Below are positions 10,201-18,997 of a stretch of 64,000 nt of DNA, piece after piece (the first letter of the stretch is position 1; each line of letters begins with the position of its first letter). A program made the translations under genes and the position numbers. The notes beneath the pieces are model-generated. The model was not told the DNA's origin and ran no database searches. It saw only the letters and a program-made list of their open reading frames with translations. Source of the stretch: Candidatus Multivoradales bacterium (GTDB lineage: Bacteria > Acidobacteriota > Thermoanaerobaculia > Multivoradales > Multivoraceae); the NCBI GenBank assembly GCA_965223325.1, contig CBDCWI010000002.1:2560001-2624000 (forward strand). Direction: 5' to 3'.

Positions 10201-13200
10201 GTGTACATGCGGCGCTCGGAGTGCGCCACCTGGGTGCCGTTGGCGTAGATCGACACGTACTGGTGGTCACTGGTCGAGTTGTTCTCGACCGAACCGCTCC
10301 ACCAGACGATGTAGTCGCCGGCACCCGGGGTCAGGGTCATCGAGTTCGCCAGCACATCGGAGGAGCTGGTGGTCGTGGTGTCGCCGGTGGCGCTGGCCTG
10401 GAAGCTGTTGGCGGCCGCGACCTTCGACACGGTCAGGCGACGTTCGTACATGGTGGCCGTGCCACCAGTCGTACGCCAGCGCACCTCGATCGCATCGGTT
10501 GCGCCAACACCGGTAAGACGGGCATGCGTTGCAACCGGGAACAGCGCACCGTTGATCGACGACTCGTTGTAGACCTCCCGCTCGGAGTGCGCCACCTGCG
10601 TTCCGTTGACGTAGATCGAAACGTACTGGTAGGTGCTCGAGGAGCTACCGTCGAGGGTACCTGAGAACCATACGATGTAGTCGCCAGCTCCGGGGGTGAG
10701 GGTCATCGAGTTGACCAGCACATCGCTCGAGCTGGTCGTCGTGGTCGAGGCAGTGGCCTGAGCCTGGGAAGTGTCGGCGGCCGTCACGGGAAGAACAGTC
10801 AGAGCTCGTTCGTGTGCGCTTGCAGTTCCGCCCGAGGTCTTCCACTGAACGTTCAAGGCTTCGCTCGCCCCGACGCCCATCACGCGGTCTTGGAGCGCAA
10901 TCGGCCGCGGCGTGTCGGGAGTCGAGCTGTCTGTCGTGTGCAAACTCTTTGTATGGCTGACCGCGGTCGTGTCACGGAAGAGCGAGAACTCCTGGTCGCT
11001 CGAAGAGCTCGACTCGACTGAAGTACTGAACCACACCAGATAGTCGCCCGCGCCGGGCGTCGTGCTCATGCTGACGAGATCGTTGTACGTCGAACTACCC
11101 GTGGTGTCGGAGGAAGTCGCCGTGACTTCGGTTGGCGTACTACCGCCGCCAGCAGTTTCGTCGCCGTCGTCATTGCGCCACAGAGTATGGATCTGGTCGA
11201 GATCCGGGGCCGGAACGTTGACGGTAGTGGTTTCCGAGTCGTTGTCGTTCGTAGGAACCGGGTCGGGGTCGTCGGAGACAATCGAGGCGTCGTTGATCAG
11301 AGTCTGAGCCGTGGCAGGGGCAGTCACCGTGATCGTGACCGGCGGTGCCGTTGTTTCGGCATCGAGCGAGGTGCGCGAACAGGTCACCACACCACCGAGA
11401 TGACTGCAGCTCCAGCCAGAGCCGGCGGCGCTGACGTAGGTCACGGCGCCGGGGAGTGTGTTCGTGATGACCACATTGGCAGCCAGCCCGGGGCCGAGAT
11501 TCTCGGCGGTCAGGGTATAGGTGAAGTTGCTGTTGGTGACCACGGGATCATCGTCGGTTATGGTGATCCCGAGATCTGCCGTTGGCAGGCTCGCTTCGGC
11601 GTACTTCGTGTAGGCATCGAGAGCGCTACCGGCCGTCGTGTCCCAGAGGCGGAAGCAGTAGTCGCCACCTGCCGACGCGTTGGCGGTCGCCTGCACTGCA
11701 TACTCGAGCTCGGTAAAGGCATCGGCGGCGAGGGTGATTCCGGACGTGGTGTTCGAAGTGTCCTTCATCTGGCCGGTGACGAATGTGCTCCCCTCGTCGG
11801 TGAGACCGGGCACGATATTGGTGGTTGGAGCGCCATCGATGAAGTGGGTCGAGCCGACGATCTGCCAGTGGCCTGAACCGTCGGTGGGCACGGCAGTGTA
11901 CGAGCCGCTCGAACAGGTGCCGGTCTCGGCAACCTGCAACTGATAGGTCATCGACGGCGAAGCCCCGGTGCCTTCGTTGGAAACCTCGAAACGTACCCGG
12001 CGGGTCGAGCTTCGCGGTACGTTCTCGAGTTTGGTGTCTTCGTCTTCGGCGTAGGACGCACCTGAACCTGTGCCTGACACGCGCATGACGATCAGCGACC
12101 GCTCGTGCATTCTCGCGGTCGATCCGGTCGTTCGCCACCTGGCTTCGATCTTCTTACCCGCGCCTACGCCGGTGATAAAGGCATGAGTCACAGCAGCTGC
12201 CGCAGTGCCCGGAAGCGAGCCCTCGGTTCGAAAGACCCGCGCGGACTCAGTCACCTTGACGCCGTCTGCGTAGAGTGAGAGGTGCTGGAATGTGTCGCCG
12301 GCGTCGGCTTCGACGGAACCTGAAAACCACACCAGGTAGTCACCGGCACCGGGAGTGACTTCCATCCCGTTGATCTTGACGTCGGCCGAGCTGGTGGTCG
12401 ACGTAGAGGCCGTGGCGCTGGCCTCGTAGGTCTCGCTCGATGCGACCTTGAGGAGGGTCAGGGTTCGCTCCTCCATGTCGACGTCGCCCTCACCGGACCG
12501 CCACCGAACCTCGATGGCCTCACTGGCCCCCACTCCAACCAGGCGCGCGTGGGTGGCGACCGGGATCTCACGGCCATTGAGGTCGCCGTCGATCCAGACC
12601 TCACGTTCACTCTCAGGAACCTTGACCCCGTTTCTGTAGATCGAGATGTAGTTCGGGTCGTTGAACTCATCGTCGCGGAGAGTTCCCGAGAACCACGCCA
12701 GGTAGTCGCCGGCGCCAGGGGTGATCGTCATCGAATCGAGCGCACTGTAACTCGAGGTCGTGGAATTGTTCGTCGTCGTCGTGGAAGAAACCTGGAAGGT
12801 GTCGGCGGCGTCCGCCGGAAAGGTCGTCAGGGTGCGTTCGCGAACCAGACCCTCCCCGACACTCGTGCTCCAACGGGCCTTGACCGTATCGCTCGGGCCG
12901 AAGCCCGTCAGGCGAGTCTGGGTAGCGACCGGGCGCGGCGAGTCGAAAACGTTGTTGACCGTCGGTGATCCACGTTCGCTGGCGGCTACTTTGGTCGCGT
13001 TCTCATAAAGCGACACGTGTTGATCGCCGGTCACCGCGTTGCCCGCCTCGACCGAGCCGCTCCACCAGACGAGGTAGTCGCCAGCCCCAGGAGTGATCGA
13101 CATCGAATCGAGGTCGACATCACTGGTACTGGTCGTTGTTGTGTCAGCAGTTGCAGACACCTCGGTGGGCTGGCCTGAAACGGTCTGGTCACCGTCGTCG

Positions 13201-15509
13201 TTACGCCAGCGATAGTGCACCTGGCGAAGGTCGGGAGAAGGAACAATGACCGTCGTGTTCTCGCTCGCCGTGTTGTTTCCCCCTACGGGGTCCGGGTCGT
13301 TCGAGGAGATCGAGACATTGTTGGTGAGCGTCTGTGCCGTAGCAGGCGCTACGACCGAAATGTTGACTGGCGGTGCCGTCGTGTTCGCGTCGAGCGTCGC
13401 GCGCGAGCAGGTGACTGTTCCCGTGAGGTGGGAACAGCTCCACCCGACCCCGCTGGCACTGACGTAGGTCACCGCGCCCGGCAGCGTGTTGGTGATCACG
13501 ACGTTCGCAGCCGGTCCGGGGCCGAGATTCTCCCCCGTCAAGGTGTACGTCAAGGGCCCGTTGACCGGCACCGGATCGGGACTGTCGGCTAGCGTGATCT
13601 TGAGGTCTGCGGTCGGCAGGCTCGCTTCAGCGTACTGGGTGTAGAAGTTGAGGGGGCTTCCTGCCGTCGTGTCATAGAGGCGGAAACAGTAGTCGCCTCC
13701 GGGGACCGCGTTGGCCGTCGCCTGGACGGCGTACTCGATCTCAGTGAAAGCGTCGGCGGCGAGCGTGATCCCAGACGTGGTGTTCCCGGTGTCCTTGATC
13801 TCGCCAGCCACAAAGGTGGTTGCCTCGTCGGTGAGGCCGGGGACGATGTTGGTGGTTGGAGAGCCATCGGTGTAGTACGTCGAACCGACGATCTGCCAGT
13901 GGCCAGTACCCGTTGTGGGTACGGCTGTGTAGGTACCACTCGAGCAGGTGTTGGTCTGGGCGACCTGCAACTGGTAGGTCACCGAGGTCGATGCGCCAGT
14001 GCCCTCGTTAGAAACCAGAAGGCGCACCCGGCGGGTCGAGTTGCGCGGCACGTTCTCGAGCTTGGTGTCTTCGTCTTCGGCATGGGTCGCCCCTGTTCCC
14101 GTCCCCGAGATCTTCATGGCGATCAGAGAGCGTTCATACATCTTCGCCGTCGAGCCAGTGGTTCGCCACCTGGCCTCGATCTTCTGGCCGGCACCAAGAC
14201 CAGTGATGTAGGCGTGCGTAACAGCGTTTGCCGCCGTAGCAGGAATCGAACCCTCGGTCCGGAACACCCGTGCAGATGCGGGAATCTTCACTCCGTCGGC
14301 ATAGAGAGAAAGGTGCTGGTAGGTATCTGCGGCTGCGGCTTCGAAGGAGCTCGAGAACCAGACGATGTAGTCACCTGCACCGGGCGTCATCTCCATCCCG
14401 CTGACCAGCACGTCGGTCGAGCTGGTGGTCGTGGTCTCTGCCGTAGCGCTAGCCTGGGTGGTCTCGCTCGCTGCGATCTTCAGGAGCGTCAAACTCCGAT
14501 CATGGAAGTCGACGGATCCGGTCCCAGAACCGGCGCGCCACCTGACCTCGACCGTGTCACTCGCGCCAACACCGACCAGTCGAGCATGGGTCGAAACGGG
14601 GATCTCGAGGTCCGTGATCGAGCCGTCGACGAAGATGCGGCGTTCGCTCTCAGCGATCAGGGCTCCGTTGACGTAGATCGAAAAGTAGTTCATGTCGTTC
14701 AGATCGGGGTCACTCATCGTTCCGGAGAACCAGGCCAGGTAGTCGCCCGCGCCTGGAGTCACCGTCATCGAATCGAGAAGCACATAGCTGTTGCTGCTCG
14801 TTGTGACAGTGCTGGACGCTGCGACCTGAAAGGTCGTCGACGCATCCGCCGGGAGCGCGGTCAGGGTGCGCTCGTGCGCCAGAGCGTCATTGGCTGTGGT
14901 GTGCCAGCGGGCCTTGATCGGATCGCTCGCTCCAACACCAGTCATCCGAGTCTGCGTGGAAACCGGCCGTGGGGAGTCGAAGACACTGCTGGCCGTGGGC
15001 GTGGTTCGTTGACTCGTCGTGTCCTTGGTCGTGTTCTTGTAGAGCGACACGTACTGCTGGCTATCTGCGGCGGTATCGGCTTCCATCGAACCACTCCACC
15101 AGACGAGATAGTCACCGGCGCCCGGCGTGAGTACCATGGAATCGAGGTCGACGTCACTGGTACTCGCCGTCGTGGTGTTGGCGGTTGCCGACGCTTCGCT
15201 CGGTTGGCCGGATGCGGTTTCGTCACCGTCGTCGTTGCGCCAGCGGTAGTGCATCTGGCGCAGGTCGGGGGTTGCACCGGCGGCCGAGGTGTGACTCTCC
15301 AGGTCTTCGCCGTCAGAGCGTTCCGAGACAACGACCGGCTGCTCCGGCGCTTCCTTCTCGGATGTGGCGGTCGCCGCTCCCAGCAAGCCGCCACCGAGCG
15401 CACAAAGGAGGGTCACCAGGAGAATGAACGAACGAGGGGACAGAGAATCGCCCCGCGTTCCGTACTTTGAGATGAGATTGAGAATGGGCATACCGAACGG
15501 ACCTTCCAC
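4278..15509 (-). CDS. giant secreted repeat protein: 3 x ~2-kb modules, DUF11 Ig repeats, SdrD-B-like domain, C-terminal C25 cysteine peptidase
   Basis: 3743-aa ORF (alternative ATG at 15491). Sec signal; six DUF11-like repeats (DLxxxxxDxPDPV...YTLTxxNxGP); C25 motifs ADYIVITP, AVGRIPV, YIGHGG, MTC, YNILGDPAL. Confidence 0.9.
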   Translation of the reverse strand: MEGPFGMPILNLISKYGTRGDSLSPRSFILLVTLLCALGGGLLGAATATSEKEAPEQPVVVSERSDGEDLESHTSAAGATPDLRQMHYRWRNDDGDETASGQPSEASATANTTTASTSDVDLDSMVLTPGAGDYLVWWSGSMEADTAADSQQYVSLYKNTTKDTTSQRTTPTASSVFDSPRPVSTQTRMTGVGASDPIKARWHTTANDALAHERTLTALPADASTTFQVAASSTVTTSSNSYVLLDSMTVTPGAGDYLAWFSGTMSDPDLNDMNYFSIYVNGALIAESERRIFVDGSITDLEIPVSTHARLVGVGASDTVEVRWRAGSGTGSVDFHDRSLTLLKIAASETTQASATAETTTTSSTDVLVSGMEMTPGAGDYIVWFSSSFEAAAADTYQHLSLYADGVKIPASARVFRTEGSIPATAANAVTHAYITGLGAGQKIEARWRTTGSTAKMYERSLIAMKISGTGTGATHAEDEDTKLENVPRNSTRRVRLLVSNEGTGASTSVTYQLQVAQTNTCSSGTYTAVPTTGTGHWQIVGSTYYTDGSPTTNIVPGLTDEATTFVAGEIKDTGNTTSGITLAADAFTEIEYAVQATANAVPGGDYCFRLYDTTAGSPLNFYTQYAEASLPTADLKITLADSPDPVPVNGPLTYTLTGENLGPGPAANVVITNTLPGAVTYVSASGVGWSCSHLTGTVTCSRATLDANTTAPPVNISVVAPATAQTLTNNVSISSNDPDPVGGNNTASENTTVIVPSPDLRQVHYRWRNDDGDQTVSGQPTEVSATADTTTTSTSDVDLDSMSITPGAGDYLVWWSGSVEAGNAVTGDQHVSLYENATKVAASERGSPTVNNVFDSPRPVATQTRLTGFGPSDTVKARWSTSVGEGLVRERTLTTFPADAADTFQVSSTTTTNNSTTSSYSALDSMTITPGAGDYLAWFSGTLRDDEFNDPNYISIYRNGVKVPESEREVWIDGDLNGREIPVATHARLVGVGASEAIEVRWRSGEGDVDMEERTLTLLKVASSETYEASATASTSTTSSADVKINGMEVTPGAGDYLVWFSGSVEADAGDTFQHLSLYADGVKVTESARVFRTEGSLPGTAAAAVTHAFITGVGAGKKIEARWRTTGSTARMHERSLIVMRVSGTGSGASYAEDEDTKLENVPRSSTRRVRFEVSNEGTGASPSMTYQLQVAETGTCSSGSYTAVPTDGSGHWQIVGSTHFIDGAPTTNIVPGLTDEGSTFVTGQMKDTSNTTSGITLAADAFTELEYAVQATANASAGGDYCFRLWDTTAGSALDAYTKYAEASLPTADLGITITDDDPVVTNSNFTYTLTAENLGPGLAANVVITNTLPGAVTYVSAAGSGWSCSHLGGVVTCSRTSLDAETTAPPVTITVTAPATAQTLINDASIVSDDPDPVPTNDNDSETTTVNVPAPDLDQIHTLWRNDDGDETAGGGSTPTEVTATSSDTTGSSTYNDLVSMSTTPGAGDYLVWFSTSVESSSSSDQEFSLFRDTTAVSHTKSLHTTDSSTPDTPRPIALQDRVMGVGASEALNVQWKTSGGTASAHERALTVLPVTAADTSQAQATASTTTTSSSDVLVNSMTLTPGAGDYIVWFSGTLDGSSSSTYQYVSIYVNGTQVAHSEREVYNESSINGALFPVATHARLTGVGATDAIEVRWRTTGGTATMYERRLTVSKVAAANSFQASATGDTTTTSSSDVLANSMTLTPGAGDYIVWWSGSVENNSTSDHQYVSIYANGTQVAHSERRMYTEGSIPNTSTNMMTHAVVSGLGAGQTIEVKWRTEGGTAVMHERTLVAQKTNVGGAGATSAAAEDAEIVEVPKNSTRRIRFEVSNEGTLGSGGVAYKLQVAETTTCSGGAYVDVPTDTSGDWQITGSTHLTDGDPTTNIDPGLTDESTTFVAGEVKDAGNTTSAITLAIDRFTEIEYAVKATSNATDGATYCFRLYDSTGSKALDTYESYGKVRLEGADVAISIADSPDPVAASGTLVYTLTANNLGPDTANNVVVTNTLSAAVSYVSASGTGWSCSESSGTVTCTRSSIAPEETAPVITITVTAPAAPTVVNNTATISADEPDPVSANDSDSETTTVNVGTNVDLSLAVTDTPDPVVVSSTLIYGATVTNNSTIQGDNVVVSVTLPSGVTFNSAAGVGWTCNQASGVVTCTRATIAGSSAAPVININVTAPASPTTLNGSGTVSADNPDPVGGNNNATMSTTVSSGPTADLTVAISDSPDPVATSGTVTYTVTPENLGPNAATNPVVIDTLPAAATFVSATGTGWACGQVARTVTCTRATLAVGVGPAISVVVTAPASDQVIVNKANISADEPDTNELNNADFENTTVGTPSDVDLGIVVIDGPDPVELSGTITYTLRVINYGPAIPATTTVTDTLPSGVTYVSATGTGWSCSESSLVVTCTASSLSVGWAPEITIKVTAPSTAGTITNSASVTSATRAIDPYAPNNSFSGGTTIQDPTVVEDLCWALSDSGSKLVSMGRSSPHTVTEIGNSGAVSIEAITFGPSATGPLLYAADDEGSTGTLGTLNLTTAAYTSIGEFGTGGGSDGELLFDDVDGLAFHPQSLELWGTFRRSSDSDALFKIDYSTGAHIPDVFGPGVDYLIPDFDGDNGGAVCDEHDMDDIAISEDGRFFVQVDQGGNNQQLGELELDSNGVPTGRFLSCVDIVDVNGDRVDDMEGTGFDHLGVMWGTTGNSGSSSTDDRLWKIDFTTGEATHPTDPTEDAGEPFGIGGDYEGSDCRLLQSNGAGTNTILGTVFLDDNSDGLYHPTETGWQNATVNLYFDQDNDGVIDSTDPLVRSVTTDSNGDFEFGLLSGGPYVLEVEPSTLPASTALTTDNLERSVFVGTGFDDPNNDFGFDTVTMALTSDFRVYNDGGVPVVEWSTASEVGTVAFYLMQWKTDTEEWVHLADDVVPSAGEPQGGHYRMAANHWPEADGSYYAVVEIEASGAERVHGPFFATLEPPGNRQPLEKAMQALAREPHVRRPARGVNRERGDDRGLESLEQNARQGAGRRPTRPLIAPFESFENAIFDIGVRVDHPDGAGLVFVALDELRPHLGRLGRHLESYLAEGRFELTRAGDLVAIHPAADSQGFYFVATPSSSIFSDTTNYQLRIGNGVLMQKVLPATTGLVSVTDFQSTVHFEEDVLGATAAANHALEDFWYWSAVVAGNPVAGSHSYDVLVEQLANVGGTARLDLEVFSASSTGVDREHHIELYLNDAYLGDYAWKGRGRRTFGFDFPSSMLEDGANQIQVTGLLDGEADKSIFYINSFDLTYPRHLAAHEDRLRFRAESSSSLAVGGFTKGDVMLFEVSDPLRARALATNPHLSSGRYRVLFGPEPGGEYLAVASSAVLTPEVFQPREEKDLLRLGGADYIVITPAALRPAAERLARTRDRREMGTLVFDVEDIYGQFSHGDRDPRAIRDFLAAAYHNWHNKPRYAVLIGAGTYDYRDVLGTGLEPMPPLLRAVRRNGLFAGDLAMGDVAGEDDGVPEIAVGRIPVHTMAELDAYREKLEAFESRGERGQVILLADNTDASVGDFPADSETLVRLVEPSTNIERVYLSDLSLSDARGALFEELEATNFWVNYIGHGGVDRFAAEGLLTSADVSLLGAERSGTIFSAMTCVAGRFEVPGYPALGTELVLAPEGGAVAVFSPSGVSINRQGAALDRALFQAVWKGKAVTLGDAVIGAFAGVSGQFSSVNPFETYNILGDPALLLPEDQ
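9180..15270 (-). repeat. three intragenic tandem modules of ~2.03 kb
   Basis: PDLxQxHxxWRNDDGD recurs at ~15270, ~13236 and ~11207. Each copy is followed by three TPGAGDYLVWxSG domains, a YCFRL domain and a DUF11. Confidence 0.9.
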
Positions 15510-15800
15510 AAGAAAGAGGACCGAGGCGCGGGCGAACCCCCGGCCTCATACATTCGGCTTCGATTATATCTTTTATAGCTCTAAAATCTTGTTTTTTCTG
15601 CCTTGTCAACAACATTCAGTAAGAATTCGCCCAGATTCTTGCTTAATCTTGCTGTGTCGTGCCGTGATCGCGGCTCGTCCCTTTTGAGGTCCCTGGCCGC
15701 ACCGCGACCACCCCAGCCGAGTCCTCCCTGCTCGGGAGAAGAACTGGACCCGCGCTTGCGGCATCCAGCGAGCGATGGCTCCCCGCGCCCCGATCCGGGT

Positions 15801-16740
15801 CTACCAGGCCAGCCGAAAGCCGCCGGTGGAGGTCTCGAGCTCGAGGTCTTCGCGCTCGAGATCCGAATCCCAGACGACGAAGAAGGTCGTGCCGCCTCCG
15901 ATGAGCGCTTTGATCGACAAGCCGAGGTTGAAGAACCCGGTGTCTGGAGCGTCCGTCGGCACCAGAAAGTCTCCCGAGGATGGATCGGCTGAGAAGCGGC
16001 CACGAATCAACCGCGCACCATCTTCGAACTCGCGTAGGTACGACGCGCGCAACCCGGGTTGCAACACGCCCCAGGACACGCTGCGCGTCCAGGTCACGTC
16101 AAAGCCCGCTTCACCGAGCAGCGAGTCGAGTTCTTGCTCGTCGATTGTCAGGTTGAAGGGGCCAGCGCCCGCTTCACTGAACCCGTCGACGGTCGACTCG
16201 AGCCAATAGCCTCGCACGACACCGGTGACACCGACGGCGCCGGTCACGAAGTCGTAGCCGAAACCGGCGTTGAACGCTGGTCGCCCCGGGGTTGGCTGAG
16301 GGCCGGAAAGCGCGTGCGGCCGTTGAGTAGGGGTCGGCCGAGATGAATGGCTGCGGCCGATCGATGAAACGTCGCATCTCGAAATCGTTCTGGCCGTAGA
16401 TTCCGACCAGGCCGAGGTAGGCTCGATCCCACATCGACCCGCGGCGCCCCGCCGGCCGGATTGGTCAAGACAGCACCGAAGTCGATCGAACGATCGCCCT
16501 CCACGATGCTGATGTCCGCCACATCGACTCTTACCGTCGTATTGGACGTACTGACTCCCGAGCCATTCGGCGCGAACCGAATGAAGTCACCGCTCGGACC
16601 CGTGAAGCCCAGGTCGGTCCCCGGGTTGAATGGCGACCCTGGCAAGACGTCCTGGCCAGCACTGCCCAGGTTGTAGTCGCCGGTGATCTCCACCTCGTCC
16701 TGATCAAAGGCCAACCCGCTCGGGCCCAAGTGGCCAATTC
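15801..16740 (-). pseudogene. autotransporter remnant (beta-barrel C-terminus plus passenger fragment), frameshifted and deleted
   Basis: Fragments lie in three frames. The barrel part AFNAGFGYDF...SWGVLQPGLRASYLREFED...GGFRLAW ends in an aromatic residue. No signal peptide or credible start. Confidence 0.7.
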
Positions 16741-16917
16741 TGAAGGCTCTCCGGCAAGCGTTCACGCTGAGCCGTGCCCGCGCACCGTCTCGCGAGCACA
16801 AACGCGCCCATCCGATCTGGCTCAATTCCCGGAAGTGCGTGGCAGTGCGTCAAGGTGGATAGCCCGCGCTATGCTGCCCCAGCGTTCTCAACATCCAATG
16901 GCGTCAGGAGGTAGAAG

Positions 16918-18951
16918 TTGCTCCACGCGATGGCTTCGTTCTCGACCGTTCACCGAGGGCCCGGCAAGAGGACCCCGGCCAGACGTGTCTCCGCCACAGC
17001 CTCCTTGGGCCTCGCTCTCCTCGTCTGCAGCCTCGGGCCCGCAGGCGCGGCGAACCACCCCCACGACATGCTGGACGAGGCAGAGATCGCTGAAGCAATA
17101 GAGATCCTGAAAGCCAACGATCTTCTGCCCAGCGGCTCTCTCTTGATCTCGCTCGATCTCGAGCCGCCCGAAAAGGCGGCGGTACTCGCCTGGCGCAAGG
17201 AGCCCTCGCCTGCGACCCTACCGCCTCGGAGGGCGCGGGCCGTCTTTCGCCACGCCAGCTCGAGCTCGGTCGCGGTCGTCGATCTCAGCGCGGGCAAGCT
17301 GGCATCGAGAGAGACCGTATCGCCGGGGCAGGTCGCTATTGTCCTCCCCGAACTCTTCTCCGCCATCCAGGCAATCTTCGCCGACGAGCGCATGCGACGA
17401 GCCCTCGAGAAGCGCGGCATCGAGAAGATCGGGCTGGACACGCTCTACTGTGCACCGAGGACCGTTGGCAACTTCGGAGAAGAGGTTGAAAACACCAGGC
17501 GCCTGACCAAGATCGACTGTTTCGATCTGCGCGACAACCCAACCAACATCTTTGCTACCCCGGTCGAGAACCTGTACGCCGTCGTCGATCTCGACTCCGG
17601 CGAGGTCCTAGACGTCCGTGACCTGGGCCTGGTCCCGGTGCCGCGAGGAACCCACTCCCTGGCCAAGGCCGATCAAGAGCGGCTACGCGAGCGCTCGGAA
17701 TTGCCGGAGACGACGGGTTCCTTCACCCTCGATGGTTGGGTCGTGCGCTGGGAAAACTGGCAGGCGCACATTTCCTGGAGTACCCACGCCGGTCTCGTGC
17801 TCTCTGATGTGAGCTACCGCGACCAGGGGGAGGCGCGCAGTGTTCTGTATGAGGGCCATCTCTCCGAACTCTACGTGCCCTATATGGATCCGAACGAGGG
17901 CTGGTACTTCCGCAACTACTTCGACGAGGGCGACTACGGTCTCGGCACAACGTCAGCCCCACTGGTCAAGGGCAGCGACTGTCCGGCAGGGGCGCGGTAC
18001 CTGACCCCGATCATGGCCAACGCGAGCGGCGGGGCGACTCGGCTCGAAGACCGCATCTGTATCTTCGAAAGGGCAACGGGAGAGCCCACATGGCGCCACT
18101 TCGACATGCTTTCCGGGCAGCTCGACTCGCGAGCCGACCGCGACCTGATCGTGCGCTCCATCGCCACCGTGGGCAACTACGACTACCTCTTCGATTGGAT
18201 TCTTGACGCCAAGGGCCGAATCACTTTCCGCGGTGGCGCCAGCGGTCTCGACGCCGTCAAGGCCGTTCGGGCCACGCATCTCGACGACGAGAGTGCCGAG
18301 GAAGACACGGGCTGGGGCCCGCTCATCGCGCCGAACCGCGCCGGCATAAACCACGATCACTTCTTCTCACTGCGCCTCGATCTCGACATCGACGGCACCA
18401 CCAACCGCTTCGTCAAGGATGAGCTCTACGTCGAAGAGCAACCAGAAGGAAGCAAGCGCAAGAGCCTCTGGCGGGTGCGCGAACGCGTACTCGAGAATGA
18501 ATCCGAGGCGCGGCTCGAGATCAGCCTCAGGGAACCAAGCCTGTGGCGGGTACAGAGCAGCGAGCGCAAGAACGCCATGGGCTACCCCACCAGCTACCAA
18601 CTGCGAAGCGGTGGCAACGCGCTGCCGTTGGTAGATCGCGAGGACTCGCCGCTCGAACGAGCCGCGTTCGCCAACCACCACCTCTGGATCACAAGGCACA
18701 GCGCTGACGAACGTTGGGCGGCCGGCGAGTTTCCCAATCAGCTACCGCCAGGGTCCGACGCCGCGGGCCTGCCGGCCTGGACAGAAGGAAACCGCGCGAT
18801 TGCAAACCAGGACATCGTGCTGTGGTACACCCTGGGGTTTCACCACGTGCCCTCCTCCGAGGATTGGCCGGTCTACAACGTCGGATGGCACTCCGTCACG
18901 CTCGCCCCCTACAACTTCTTCGACCGCAACCCGGCGATGGACCTGCCCTGA
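16918..18951 (+). CDS. tynA: copper-containing primary amine oxidase (TPQ), secreted
   Basis: TVGNYDY cofactor motif, catalytic Asp in YFDEGDYG, Cu ligands NHDH and FHHVP..EDWP. N-terminal signal peptide; exact start uncertain. Confidence 0.9.
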   Translation: MLHAMASFSTVHRGPGKRTPARRVSATASLGLALLVCSLGPAGAANHPHDMLDEAEIAEAIEILKANDLLPSGSLLISLDLEPPEKAAVLAWRKEPSPATLPPRRARAVFRHASSSSVAVVDLSAGKLASRETVSPGQVAIVLPELFSAIQAIFADERMRRALEKRGIEKIGLDTLYCAPRTVGNFGEEVENTRRLTKIDCFDLRDNPTNIFATPVENLYAVVDLDSGEVLDVRDLGLVPVPRGTHSLAKADQERLRERSELPETTGSFTLDGWVVRWENWQAHISWSTHAGLVLSDVSYRDQGEARSVLYEGHLSELYVPYMDPNEGWYFRNYFDEGDYGLGTTSAPLVKGSDCPAGARYLTPIMANASGGATRLEDRICIFERATGEPTWRHFDMLSGQLDSRADRDLIVRSIATVGNYDYLFDWILDAKGRITFRGGASGLDAVKAVRATHLDDESAEEDTGWGPLIAPNRAGINHDHFFSLRLDLDIDGTTNRFVKDELYVEEQPEGSKRKSLWRVRERVLENESEARLEISLREPSLWRVQSSERKNAMGYPTSYQLRSGGNALPLVDREDSPLERAAFANHHLWITRHSADERWAAGEFPNQLPPGSDAAGLPAWTEGNRAIANQDIVLWYTLGFHHVPSSEDWPVYNVGWHSVTLAPYNFFDRNPAMDLP

Positions 18952-18990
18952 TCATCGGCAGCTAGATCATCGGCAGCTTGATCAGCGACT
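18950..18990. repeat. 15-bp tandem repeat (gatcatcggcagct[a/t]) x ~2.7
   Basis: Units at 18950, 18965 and a partial unit at 18980, between the two genes. Confidence 0.8.
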
Positions 18991-18997
18991 CCCACAG

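Noticed and set aside
13899-15470. 523-aa + strand ORF and similar long antisense ORFs (49681-51366, 51344-53062, 53876-55123, 58733-59929)
   Set aside because: Shadows of well-supported genes on the opposite strand in GC-rich DNA; no recognisable motifs.
18950-18990. Possible CRISPR-like repeat
   Set aside because: 15-bp units with no spacers and no cas genes; a simple tandem duplication.
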